DNA of 64,000 bases, taken from Epiperipatus broadwayi. Taxonomy: Eukaryota; Animalia; Onychophora. Shown in pieces: positions 10,602 to 24,061 of the stretch. The notes under the pieces are model-generated. The model saw only the letters and a list, made by a program, of their open reading frames with translations, made no database searches and was not told the origin of the DNA. The translations under genes were made by a program, and so were the position numbers. Position 1 is the first letter of the stretch. The number at the start of each line of letters is the position of its first letter. Location: the NCBI GenBank assembly GCA_028023455.1, contig JAQFVV010000009.1, positions 5,394,001-5,458,000 of the forward strand. Reading direction: 5' to 3'.

Positions 10602-12896
10602 AGGGAATAAAAAACAACTTTTTTCTTTACCGCTTCTCATTATTAGACTATAATTCTATAAGACTTTTTCATATTCCTGCATTCAATAGAGCATTCTTTA
10701 ATTAAATAAATGGTGCTTTTCTCACGTGCTGGACAAGCCACAAGGTGGCGCTGCAGAACCACCAAGAAGCCTGTAAGTAATAAATTTCTATACAAAAATA
10801 GCTGAAATCGATGGAAAATTAAAATTAAAATGCCTAAGGCAAGATATCAAAAGTAAGTAAAAATCAAGTAAAAATTTTTGCCTAAGGCAATCAAGTGAAA
10901 TAATACGTAAATTTTAAAAAAGTACACACACACAAAATTGGTAAAAATACACAAAATAACTATTAAAATTAAAATGCCTAAGGCAAGATATCAAAAGTAA
11001 GTAAAAATCAAGTAAAAATTTTTGCATAAGGCAAGTATAAAATCAAGTGAAATAATACGTAAATTTTAAAAAAGTTCACACATACAGTGAAATAATATGT
11101 AAATTTTAAAAAAGTACACATAGAACAAATCCTCAACCCCCACAAAAATTATAACACCTAAGGCAAACAAATCAAAAAATTAAAAATCAAACAAATTCTA
11201 AAAAAAAACCAAAAAAACGTTATGAAATTCGAATTAGGCAACAAAAACAGAAAAACGTTAATGGTAAAAGTCAAAAAATTAACAATGGCAGGCAGATGGT
11301 GCTTCATTAAAATGGCGGGAGATTATATAAACTAAAAAGCAAAATGAACATTACACGAGAGCTTCTATTTATCAAATTAATTATATTCTGCTTTATATGG
11401 ATAAGCTTTCTATTAATTTTAATATCAAACATAATTGATAAATCATAAATATTAATATTATTTGTGCTCAAATATTTTATAGGTATAGAATACAAGCATA
11501 CACACACACATGGTGTATATTAACGAATAAAGAAAATTACAAGAGAAAAGCAATCATGTCCAAATCCATTTATTTAGATGTAGAATATTATTTTAAAATT
11601 ATGAATAGTTTCTCAGTTGATCACTTTCAAAAGTCTCTATTCTCTGCGTTGAAATTATGGCATATACAGTAATCAAAAATAAGCCAAATACCCCCCCTCT
11701 ACACTCTGCAGGCAAACCAAAATAAAAAAGCAACACAGATATGGATAAGCTTTCTATTAATTTTAATATCAAACATAATTGATAAATCATAAATATGAAT
11801 ATTATTTGTGCTCAAATATTTTATATATATAAAACACAAACATACACACACTGCATATATTAACAAATGAATAAAGAAAATTACAAGAGAAAAGCAATCA
11901 TGTCCAAATCCACTTATTTAGATGTAGAATATTATTTTAAAATTACGAATAGTTTCTCAGTTGATCACTTTCTAAAAGTCAATTTACCATCATTTGGTTA
12001 ATGCTGTAATATAGGAGTGAAGAAATATATGCAATAAAAGTTTATACTACCTGTGTTTCTCCCTGGGATAATGATGAAAATATTAAAACAATGGTAATAA
12101 TTTGTTCGGCTGGTGACTTCCTATGTGTTTAATCTAATTAATTTCAGGAATTGGTATTGATTCTCTTTGGAGGAGATTACTGTTGAAATATTTCAGGAGC
12201 GTCTTCTTTCCAAATTATTTATTATAATTATTAAATTTATTTATTATAGATTCGATCTAATCCAGCTGCAATTTAGTGTTGCATCATACATTTTAATGTA
12301 TGGAGAATTATTTTCTTCAAAGTAGTATCAGATGAACTGTCCTTACCAAAAATATATATTATTCTCTATATTTCTTTTTTTGTAGACTCATTTTTTTCTA
12401 GAAAGTTATCACCCACGTGGTTTTGAGGTCCAGTTTCTCTTTAAACAAAGCAAAAAGCTTTCCTCACCTTTTTGTCTTTTCAAGGTCAGGAAATTTTGTT
12501 GACCACCTGAAATTTGTTTTTGACTTTTATTTTTCTTTTTACATTATTTACATAATAATGTATACAGTTTTAATTTTTTTTTTCTATTTAAGATCTCTTT
12601 TCTCTATTATAATAAAATGAACTGCATTAGCTTCTATCTTCGAAATCAAATTTATATTTGTTGAATTTCGTTCATTCGTCCATACAGCATATATATATAC
12701 TTGTGTTTCAATAAAATACAGGAGAATAAACACCCCTTCCCTTTCATAGTTCGTCTTTATTTTAACCCTTCCTCTACCAATTTAAAAAGTCAAATATACT
12801 CTAATAAATAATATAAGAACTATATACACATGTGTGTGTACAAATTTTTCTTTTGTGAAACAGGGTTTGAATCCACCCTGTCACAATATATATATA

Positions 12897-13471
12897 TGGA
12901 TGTTCTCAAAATATGAAAATAAACATTGATTATGATGAGTTAAAAGAAGTTAAACAATTACAAATACCTTGGTTGGATTATTAATACAGATGGAAACATA
13001 ATGGAGATGAAATTAATCATAGAATGAAAAAGGAAGATTTTTAATAAATGTGTTTTACCAGTTCTTATTTATGGATCTGAGACTTGGACACTTAATAGAA
13101 GAGCAACATAGAGACTTCAGACCACTCAGAGAAGTATGGAGAGATGCATGCTAGAAGTAAGAAGAAGAAATCAAAACCGCAATATATGGGTAATAGAACA
13201 AACAGATGTTACTGACCTCATTGAAAAAAATAAAAGACTTAAGTGGAGTTGGGCTGGACATATTGCTAGAAAAGATGATAATAGATGGACAGTTGAAATC
13301 TTAAAGTGAATTCCAAGAGATTGTAAAAGACCCAGAAAAGGACCACATGTGAGATGAATGAAATAAGAAAGTGTGCAGGGGTGATGTGGAGAAAGCTAAA
13401 AATCGGAGATTGATTGAACTTGGAGAGACCTTCATCCTGCAGTGAATTTGATAATGGTTGTTGATGATGAT
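12897..13471 (+). mobile_element. 5'-truncated RTE-clade LINE, 3' end
   Basis: Reads FNKCVLPVLIYGSETWTLN...LQTTQRSMERCML...LKWSWAGHIARKDDNRWTVEIL, followed by a (GAT)n tail; contains stops and frameshifts. Confidence 0.92.
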
Positions 13472-13646
13472 TTCAGCCTAGTTTTAAAAAATGCTATTAT
13501 TTGAACTAATTTATTAAATATTATTTAGTAATATTTTTATGTACATCCGCACATACTAATAGTTTACAAAAATGCTATTATTTGAGCTAATTTATTAAAT
13601 ATTATTTAAATAAACCATTTTTATATAGCGCGATGTTTGTAAACTG

Positions 13647-13736
13647 TAATATTTAAAACAGCATTACGCTGTTGCACATTTATAGTTAAAATCTTCAAAG
13701 CACATGTGCAACAGCGTAATGCTGTTTTAAATATTA
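13647..13736. repeat. Perfect 33-bp inverted repeat with 24-nt loop
   Basis: taatatttaaaacagcattacgctgttgcacat (13647-13679) is the exact reverse complement of 13704-13736. Confidence 0.95.
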
Positions 13737-16700
13737 TTTAGTAATATTTATATTTACATCCTGCTGTGTACAGCCACTCACTCGGAAACCAAATGATTAT
13801 ACAAATAGTTTAATAGAATTAACAGGTGGATAAATAATAGTACATATATATAGTTATAAGACAATTAAGTTTAACTTACGAACGCTGGCCATGAAGGCAT
13901 ACAAAAATCATAATCTAGACCGGTGTGGCCTGCAAAGTTCCTAGGTCCACTTTTTAACCTTCAATGGTGGAATTCACTGGGTTTGTTCCGTTGCTAAGTT
14001 AAAACTCTTGACCTTCGTGTGCATTCAATGAGTTCTCCGCTACAAGTGCTGCTTAGTTATTTTTTGTTCCTTCTTTTTTTCTTGTTAAGGAATGTTTCAG
14101 AAACTAATTAATTTTCAGCTATTGTCTACTTTTTGTAATCAGCACTTTTAATCTAGCTGCTTAATTAGTTTCTGATCTGAAGCGCTTATCTTTAATAGCG
14201 TACCAAATTTAATTACAAAATTCCTGTCTATTTCTTTTAATAAAACATTAATTATTATATACGTATAATTTTCTTTTAACAAAACACATGTGTATATAGT
14301 TCTTATATTATTTATTCGAGTATATTTGACTTTTTAAATTGGTAAAGGAAGGGTTAAAATAAAGACGAAATATGAAAGGGGAGGGGTGTTTTTTCTCTTG
14401 TATTTTATTAAAACATGAGTATATGTATATGCTGTATGGATGGATGGACGAATGAACGAAATTCAACAAATATAAATTTGATGTCGAAGATAGAAGCCAA
14501 TGCAGTTCATTTTATTATAATAGAGAAAAGAGATCTTAAATGAAAAGAAAAAATTAAAACTGTATACATTATTATGTAAATAATGTAAAAATAAAAGTCA
14601 AAAACAAATTTCAAGTGGTCAACAAAATTTCCTGACCTTGAAAAGACAAAAAGGTGGGGAAAGCTTTTTGCTTTGTTTAAAGAGAAACTGGACCTCAAAA
14701 CCACGTGGGTGATAACTTTCTATAAAAAAATGAGTCTACAAAAAAAGAAATATAGAGAATAATATATATTTTTGGTAAGGACAGTTCATCTGATACTACT
14801 TTGAAAAAAATAATTCTCCACACGTTATTAAAATATATGATGCAATCCTAAATTGCAGCTGGATTAGATCGAATCTATAATAAATAATTTTAATAATTAT
14901 AATAAATAATTTTGCCAATACTGGAAAGAAGATGCTCCTGAAATATTTCAACAGTAACCTCCTCCAAAGAGAATCAATACCAATTCCTGAAATTAATTAG
15001 ATTAAACACATAGGAAGTCACCAGCCGAACAAATTATTATCATTGTTTTAATATTTTCATCATTATCCCAGGGAGAAACGCAGGTAGTATAAACTTTTAT
15101 TGCATATATTTCTTCACTCCTATATTACAGCATTAACCAAATGATGGTAAATTGACTTTTAGAAAGTGATCAACTGAGAAACTATTCGTAATTTTAAAAT
15201 AATATTCTACATCTAAATAAGTGGATTTGGACATGATTGCTTTTCTCTTGTAATTTTCTTTATTCATTTGTTAATATACGCAGTGTGTGTATGTTTGTGT
15301 TTTATATATATAAAATATTTGAGCACAAATAATATTCATATTTATGATTTATCAATTATGTTTGATATTAAAATTAATAGAAAGCTTATCCATATCTGTG
15401 TTGCTTTTTTATTTTGGTTTGCCTGCAGAGTGTAGAGGGGGGGGGGATATTTGGCTTATTTTTGATTACTGTATATGCCATAATTTCAAGGCAGAGAATA
15501 AAGACTTTTGAAAGTGATCAACTGAGAAACTATTCATAATTTTAAAATAATATTCTACATCTAAATAAATGGATTTGGACATGATTGCTTTTCTCTTGTA
15601 ATTTTCTTTATTCGTTAATATACACCGTGTGTGTGTATGCTTGTGTTCTATACCTATAAAATATTTGAGCACAAAAAATATTAATATTTATGATTTATCA
15701 ATTATGTTTGATATTAAAATTAATAGAAAGCTTATCCATATAAAGCAGAGTATAATTAATTTGATAAATAGAAGCTCTCGTGTAATGTTCATTTTGCTTT
15801 TTAGTTTATATAATCTCCCGCCATTTTAATGAAGCACTATCTCCCTGCCATTGTTAATTTTTTGACTTTTACTATTAAAGTTTTTCTGTTTTTGTTGCCT
15901 AATTCGAATTTCATAGCATTTTTTTTTTGGTTTTTTTTTAGAATTTGTTTGATTTTTAATTTTTTGATTTGTTTGCCTTAGGTGTTATAATTTTTTTGGG
16001 GGTTGGGGATTTGTTCTATGTTTACTTTTTAAAAATTTACATATTATTTCACTGTGTGTGTGTGTACTTTTTTAAAATTTATGTATTATTTCACTTGATT
16101 TTATACCTGCCTTAGGCAAAAAAATTTACTTGATTTTTACTTACTTTTGATATCTTGCCTTAGGCATTTTATTTTAATGGTTATTTTGTGTATTTTTACC
16201 AATTTTGTGTGTGTACTTTTTTAAAATTTACGTATTATTTCACTTGTGTGTGTGTACTTTTTTAAAATTTACGTATTATTTCACTTGTGTGTGTGTACTT
16301 TTTTAAAATTTATGTATTATTTCACTTGATTTTATAATTGCCTTAGGCAAAATTTTTTACTTGATTTTTACTTACTTTTGATATCTTGCCTTAGGCATTT
16401 TAATTTTAATGGTTATTTTGTGTATTTTTACCAATTTTGTGTGTGTACTTTTTTAAAGTATTATTTCACTTGTGGGTGTGTGTACTTTTTTTAAATTTTA
16501 CTATTATTTCACTTGATTTTATACTTGCCTTAGGCAAAAAATTTTACTTGATTTTTACTTACTTTTGATATCTTGCCTTAGGCATTTTAATTTTAATTTT
16601 TCATCGATTTCAGCTATTTTTGTATAGAAATTTATTACTTACAGGCTTCTTGGTGGTTCTGCAGTGCCACCTGGTGGCTCATCCAGTACGTGAGAAAAGT

Positions 16701-17689
16701 ACCAAATAAACTAATTAAAATAAGCATAAATAAAAATAATAAAGTTTTATATATTATTATTTTGTCCCCAAAAGAATAATAATTAATCAAAATGCTTTAT
16801 TTCTTTTATTTTAATATTTATTACAAAGATTAATTATAAATAACATTAATATTTTTTAATTTAACTAATTAAATGTTTTATTTTGTGTGTATGCCTGTTT
16901 TTTTCCATTTATTTTCTATTACACACATGTATTGCCACACTTCTTATGACCAGGTTATTTATCCATAGTCAAAATAAAATTATAACTTATTTTAACAGCC
17001 ATATAATATTAAATCAGCCATGCACTTTATTACTGTTACAAAATGCTTTATTTACCACCTTCTTTTATAGTTTTGATTGCTCCAACAATCTTCTTCAGAA
17101 CTACAACATAATACAAACATATGAATATAAATATACGTGAACCTATAATTTACATTCTATATATTTATATATATTTTAACAGCCATTGTTTACTTCTTAT
17201 CTAAATATATTAATTAAATACCTACAAATAATCTAACTAATTAATAATATAACTTTCTTTGGTTTTTTATAATTATTACTCTTCCTTTTACAAACCATTA
17301 TCTGATACTATTAGTTTCAATTCCTCTTTGTTTCAGAAAAAAAAAAAACATATTTCTTTAAAGGGTTATCTTTAATATCCCATTGTTTCTTCTATTTTTG
17401 TTTTTATATGAATTTTTACTTATTTTGAATTTAAGTGTTTTTTACCATATACAACAGTAACATTAATACAATCTATTCAATTTAATAAATACTTTCTAAA
17501 TTAAAAATTATAACATTAACACTTTTATACAAGAAATCATTGAGTATCCATTAAAATGATTCTTATATGATACACATATTTGATAACTCTGAAACATGAA
17601 GAACATATTAGACAGACATCAAGGCTATCTTTTTTTTTAAAAAAAAGATGGACATCTAGGCTATCTTTTTTTAAAAAAAAATTTCATTT

Positions 17690-19420
17690 GCCTGGAAGAG
17701 GTTTAAGTTTCTGGAAATTTTGGAACATATGTTTTAATTTGTCCTTCTTGCTGAGAACCTACTCTTCCATAAGTTTGTCCCTACACCTTTATTTTATTAC
17801 TTTTACTAAGTTCATTCACATTTAAATTCCCTCTTAGATTCACATTACTTGATCTATTCCTAAAATTGATTTGATTTCTAGATGGTGAGGAATGGCAATT
17901 TGGAAAACTTATAGTTGCTGAGATAATTTATTAGTTTTCTGCCTTTCTGCAGAATCATGACACAGGTTAGCCATATCCATGGTATTTAAGATTTCAGATA
18001 TTTTTTCAATATGTATCAGATTAACAGCTATTACTACTTGAACATCTTGGGGCAAATTATATATAATAATATTAATAATTTGGATTTGCAACAAATTGAA
18101 CTCTGTCAAAGTCCATAATTTCAAGAGTTGCTGGTGAAAGTAGAGACAAATTTTCTCCTTCGATTCCATTTATATCTTTCTTCTGACACTTGATGGCAAC
18201 ACCATCCTATAAATTCATTCTAGATGTCTTAAACAAGGAAGCTCCATACTCATCAAATGTTTTAAGTTTGACAATTACAAGTTATGGCAACTTTTTCAAT
18301 TTCCTTCCACGTAATAAAATGTAAAAAGCTGTGCCATGCCATCAAGAGGTTTTCATGGATTCACTCCAACTTTCTGTCATTCAAAAATTTTATATTTACT
18401 AACTTGGTTATAGTATTAAATTCCCCAGATATTTTCTCCAAGGACTATTTAAATCAGGTTGGAATTCATGACTTAAGATTGCTGGCTGAATTTCTATATT
18501 ATATTCCTTTTCAATTAACTTATTAAGTTGCACAGGATCTACAACTCTCTATTTAATAGAGCCCACTTCTGATCCATAGAATCCATATGCTCTTTCACAT
18601 GACCATGGTAAGAACATTCTTCCTTATTAAATTTCTTCAACCTACCTATAATTGGATCTTCTATATTTTTATCTTCTCTATTGGATTTTATGATCAATTG
18701 GAGCCATTTGATTTCTCAAAACTACTAATTCCTTATTTGTCTTATCATCTGATGGTTATGAAGCCATTTCTAATTCCTGTACAATTTTTATTATTTTACC
18801 CAAAATGATTATTTATTTTTACTGCCTAATAGTTTGACAACTCTCATATTAACTTTCTTCAAGAATTTGTTGTGCAATAGACACATTTTAAATTTGAGTC
18901 ATTAATTTATTGTTATTCACATTATTTCATTTTGAATTGATGGTAAATCCTTTTCCTTCAATTTTAGAAATTTTTTGAGAATTTTCCCCATAGTTTATCT
19001 CAATTATCTCTAAATACTTCTTGTATTTTCTGTTAATCTGTTAGACCTTCTTTAATTTAACCACTTGCTTTCTCTCATTTTTTTCTTTTTCTATCCATTT
19101 CAACTATTTTCTTGTCGACCTTCATTAATTCCTCTTCAAATTCTGAATTTTTTGTTTAAAATTTTGTTGAAATTTTCAACTCTGCCAATTCATTTATCCA
19201 TTTCTTCATTTATGCTAACAAAGTTTACTTCACACTTTTTACTATTTTATTTTATTTTTTAAATTTAAGTTCAAATTTCCAAATTTGGATTTCAGTTTAA
19301 TCTCTATTCTACTTTCTTGAAATTTGGAATGCATCTCTTTAATCTCTGTTCTACTTTCTTCAAATATGAAATTCATATCTTTAAATTTTTGATTCATCTT
19401 TATATTATTTGACAAATTTT
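17690..19420 (-). pseudogene. Decayed Gypsy gag of the same lineage
   Basis: Minus frames give EKVAITC and QIQIINIIIYNLPQDVQVVI, matching KLAITC and GQIVRIIHYNLP of the 0.8-2.7-kb copy; coiled-coil-like N-terminal region at about 18900-19400. Confidence 0.65.
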
Positions 19421-20997
19421 TGCAATGAGATTTCCATTATCACTTCCATAGACAATGTGTATTCTTATTTTTTTAATCCTGGTTTTGTAAAAAAAAAATA
19501 TCATTTATATAAAAAAATTTATAATCAATATTTTAATAAGAGACATTGAAATCTATTTTCCATCAACCACAACTTTTCTCTCATCACATTTTTTTTATTT
19601 TTAGAAACTATAACTTATTATTTATTAATTTAAATTTATATATTCTATTAGACCCTTCCAAATAAATAAAAATTATCTTATGGTACAGTCTCTTGTCTCA
19701 TTTCATCTCTAATATATGAGTTTATTTAATTATGTCTCTATATTTTCTTTCTTTCATCACATCTCATCATTGTCTTTTTCTAAAATTTTATTCCTCAATC
19801 AAGGCCAACTGATTCCATGTCAAACTTGTCAAGGTATAGCTATCAATGAAGATATCAAATTTCTTGATAATATTCTTTTTTAAGACATGACAATGAGTGC
19901 ATTGTTCATAGTATACTCTTCTAATAACATGACAATGATTAATGACAACAAACTGGATTCACTAATATAATCTATTAAACTATGTTATATAGCTTTAAAT
20001 TATTTACATTTATTTAATGGATTAGGGCATCACCTGACATTAAAAATCATGAAGTAGACCAGAACATATTTTTTATACATATATAAATAAGCTTTGAAAA
20101 TACTTCAGTATAATAATAATGACCACTACACAGCCACCAGGCTAGATTCCATAGAACATAAGTTACTCCCAATGAAATGATCATGAAACATAAGCAAACC
20201 AGACAATATTGCATATATAAAAGTGAACATACTATTTAATCTAACAACAAAACAATACTTCATTATAAAATAATTCTCAGACAAATATATATATTTTTTA
20301 GTCCTACTGCATAGTTAAAAACAATAGTTATTTATAAAGTGTCCCTGGTTTATTTTAATTTTAAAAATTTAATGTTTAAATTAAATTCTACAATACCTTT
20401 TTTAAAAAATGATTGAGCACATTTGCCACAGAATAATCCCTGGCCATTAATACACTCCAAATATAATCATATGTAAGGCTGACCCTACAAATATAACACA
20501 TTTACATTGGAAACCTCATAACATAGTCACACACATTTATCTAATATGGGATAATTATTATTAATATGCTTTTCTTATAATGATAATTTTAGGGTGTGAC
20601 CACTTTTGGGTCAGAATGCCATTAATTACATGAGATGGTTCCTTGAATCCAACCCCAATTTATTATTAATACTACTTAATTAACTAAGGTAAACCTTTGA
20701 ATTTAATCCCCAACCTTACAAAACAAAACCATGAATAAATCCACCATCTAGATATAGTCTACAATAAATCATTTAACAGTCATCTAACAATTGCATATAT
20801 GTAATAAGTTCTAACATACATAAAATGTTCTCAAATAATTAATACAAGGCTATATATATGTACAAATGAACTCAATCAAATTTTAAAATAAATCTTTATT
20901 TTAAAATACCACTAATTAAATTATGTACATCTTTTTCTTCACTTGGACTTTATTTTACAAGCATGCACATACACCTTTGATTATTTATCTGACAATT

Positions 20998-21298
20998 TCA
21001 CATTAAAGAAAACTTTTTTTAATGTTAATAAATCATAACATATATATAATAAATGCAAGATGAAGACATTTTTTTAAATCTTTGTTTTTAACTCAACTTA
21101 CTTTAAATACTAACTTTTTTTATTTCCTGCTTTCAATAATCAATAATATATCACATTAAAGAAAACTTTTTTTAATGTTAATAAATCATAACATATATAT
21201 AATAAATGCAAGATGAAGACATTTTTTTAAATCTTTGTTTTTAACTCAACTTACTTTAAATACTAACTTTTTTTATTTCCTGCTTTCAATAATCAATA
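20998..21298. repeat. Near-perfect tandem duplication, 153-bp period
   Basis: tcacattaaagaaaac... starts at 20998 and at 21151. Confidence 0.95.
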
Positions 21299-21313
21299 CT
21301 ATAAAACATAATT

Positions 21314-24061
21314 TGTTAGTATTGAAACAGCATGATTTATCTATCACCAGTTTCATTTACTGTTTCATAGTAGTATATTTTCCAAATTTAAACCCATCTA
21401 AGTCCATGTATATTAATTAAATTAATACTAACAGTACGATAATAAGCTCTATTGACAAGTATGTGTATGTATTGATATTACATATACTATTTAGCTAATA
21501 ATATCTGTGCATATATTTATAAATGATACAGTTCTAATTTAAAAATTAATAACATTGGGTAAAGATCATTGTATGTGTAGAAGCATACATATGTGCAAAG
21601 GAAACTGTAATGTAATAGATTTTGTAAACATTACAACTTTTCTAATTTATTCTTTTTAAGTTATTATAAATTTAGTTTATAAAATTGCTTGGATTTGCAT
21701 ATAAAATCTTAAATTCAGGGTTGACAGCATTACACATATAACAGAATGTTTACAAAACTTAACTCTCTTTTAAAAAAGATTTATTTCTTGAAAATCATTC
21801 TGACTCACACCTGGGAACCAAGAGCTGAAATTTTAAAAATAATTTTAAAAATAAACTAAAAACAAAGACAAAATCACTGGACCAGCACTGTTTACCAATT
21901 ACTCAGTGGGGAGCTTTTGTCTTTATTAAAAGTTGTTAAAACTGTTAAAATTTAAATTTTAAGAGTTAAAATTGTAAACAAGTTATGGTTTGTGTGTGGG
22001 GGGGAATAAGAGTTGATATAAAAACCCATTTTCATAACTAAAAATTTACTATCTAATACTAAAAATGTACTGCAGCCAGAGGCTATGCCCAAATTTACCA
22101 GGAGAACCAGTAGTTAGAAGGCCTATTATTGCCATTTTCCTCATGGAGATAGGTCTATGGAAATAAAAGGAAGCAAGAACAGCAGCCTACTGAGAAGTCA
22201 CCCAGAAGAAGCAGGCCATCATGAATGTTAGTGCCTATGCCATGCAGCCATCTCTGCAAGATGATTGGTAATTAAATCTTCTGCAGAGTACTTAAGTTAA
22301 ATCTTGTAAATCATTCTAATAAATTTTATAAGCTAGCTTTATTATAAATGTGTATAAACTGTTATTTTAAATTGCTCTTAGTTAATAAATTCTATATTAA
22401 GTTCCTACTCATAATTAATAATTAAATCTCTGAATGTAATCTTATTTGCTAATAATATCATTTTGTAAAATCTTGCCTAATTAGTTTATGTAATAATATT
22501 TCTTTTAAATATGATAACTGATTTCAGTTATTGTTCTTAATCTATTCAGTCTGTGGATATGCCTTCATTACTTTATTTAATATTCATTATGCTATGCCAT
22601 CCTTCAGAGTAGAGATTACTAAATAATGTAACAGTAGAGAGACAAATAGATTCTCTCCTATCATCTATATTGCTCTTTGGCACACATACTAATCACCATT
22701 CTGGAAATTTATTTAATATGTTAAGCTACTATGTTTGCTTAATATTATTAGATTTGCTCATATTATTAATCAGTTAATTAGATGTAAGGGTGATATTAGA
22801 AAGCATATTATAAATAAATAATCAAGTTCAAGGTATGCTTTAATGCTCCTTAGGATGTACTAGAAACTATACAGATATAGATGCTATTTTATGAATGTAC
22901 TAGAAACTATACAGATATAGATGCTATTTTATGAACTGGTGAGAAGTTGTTTCACTGATTTAAACTATAGATTAGCACATAGTAAATTTTATTAAGTATT
23001 ATTATAGTTAGCATTGCAGATATTTCTTTAGGAAGCATGTTTGTGCATTATGCCTTGTTATTCCATTTATTGTAAAATGGGCTTCTGATTTGAGGTCATC
23101 CCATTCATCTAGTTCATATAGCCCTTTTAGGTAGAACTGGAACACAAGGATCCAAATGATTTATTAGCTGTTCTGATCACCTAAACAAAGGTTTATTATA
23201 TTAATATAGCAAGTTGTACAGTCCACAGTAACTGACTATATGGTAATGAATCCCATAATTATTGACATATTTGAGGTACATTGCTCTTATTAGTTATTGT
23301 AGCACCATAGTATCAAGGTTATGCTACCAATCTCCAGCTTATTCCTCCCCATGTATTAATCATTTCAGCATTGATCTGAAATCAAATCTAATTATATATG
23401 TTTAATACCTGTATAGAGGTGTTATAGCTCATATATTGATAATAGAATTCATTGTTATTATAATCACTTGTATGTTTAACTTTAGCAAATCTCAGCATGT
23501 CATAGCATAAGTCAGACACATTAAACTGCAGATAGTTAAATTATAAATTTATTAATAACTGTAATTGATATTGTACCAAGTAAAAATAAAGATAAGACCT
23601 TGTGCCCAACCAACTCATCAGTATACACCTGCTAGTGCAACCTTATGCACTATTACTAGATTGTTACTGATTTCTTAAATAAATATATGTATAATGTATT
23701 CATGTTCAGTGTCTTATTCAAAGCTCATTCACATTCTATCAAATCCTTTCTAAATTTATTGTTTTAGTTTAAGTATACTTATTCATCTAACAGCCATAGG
23801 TGAGTATTAAGATTTACTTAACTATATTAGTCATTGCAATTCCAGAGTCTCATGCTCCAACCTTTGCTACTGCCAGTACATGAATTAAGGAATCTGAGTG
23901 TAGCCTCATATGTCATCCATAGGGTAGTGAATCATGGAGCATTGGTGAAAGAACTGAGGTGCAAACTGATTCGAGGTCTCAATCCATCATCTAGATCAGT
24001 CTTAGGATAATTTGCCAAAACTCTGGTTTTTGTTGCATGAATGTCAAATATGATCTTTACA
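21314..24061 (+). repeat. Left long direct repeat (putative 5' LTR)
   Basis: Aligns over its whole length with 30193-32971, roughly 80-85% by eye. Confidence 0.8.

Larger units (their letters stand above)
10711..16704. mobile_element. Foldback-like element with long inverted arms (10711-12835 and 14284-16704) and a 1.45-kb spacer
   Basis: The arms are reverse complements, about 95% identical by eye. Outer domains are modular tandem repeats (gcctaaggcaag / aatcaagtgaaataatacgtaaattttaaaaaagtacac). An internal approximately 345-bp duplication is present in both arms. Termini TGGT...ACCA are flanked by AATAAA on both sides (10705-10710 and 16705-16710). Confidence 0.8.

Noticed and set aside
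12417-12620. Duplicated small ORFs in the foldback arms (also 14507-14704, 11307-11507, 15629-15829)
   Set aside because: Identical only because the arms are inverted copies; GTG starts, AT-rich hydrophobic composition, no recognisable family.
8950-16600. Repeat-spacer-like arrays (tandem array; modules in the foldback arms) as CRISPR
   Set aside because: Eukaryotic context, degenerate repeats, no unique spacers, no cas genes.
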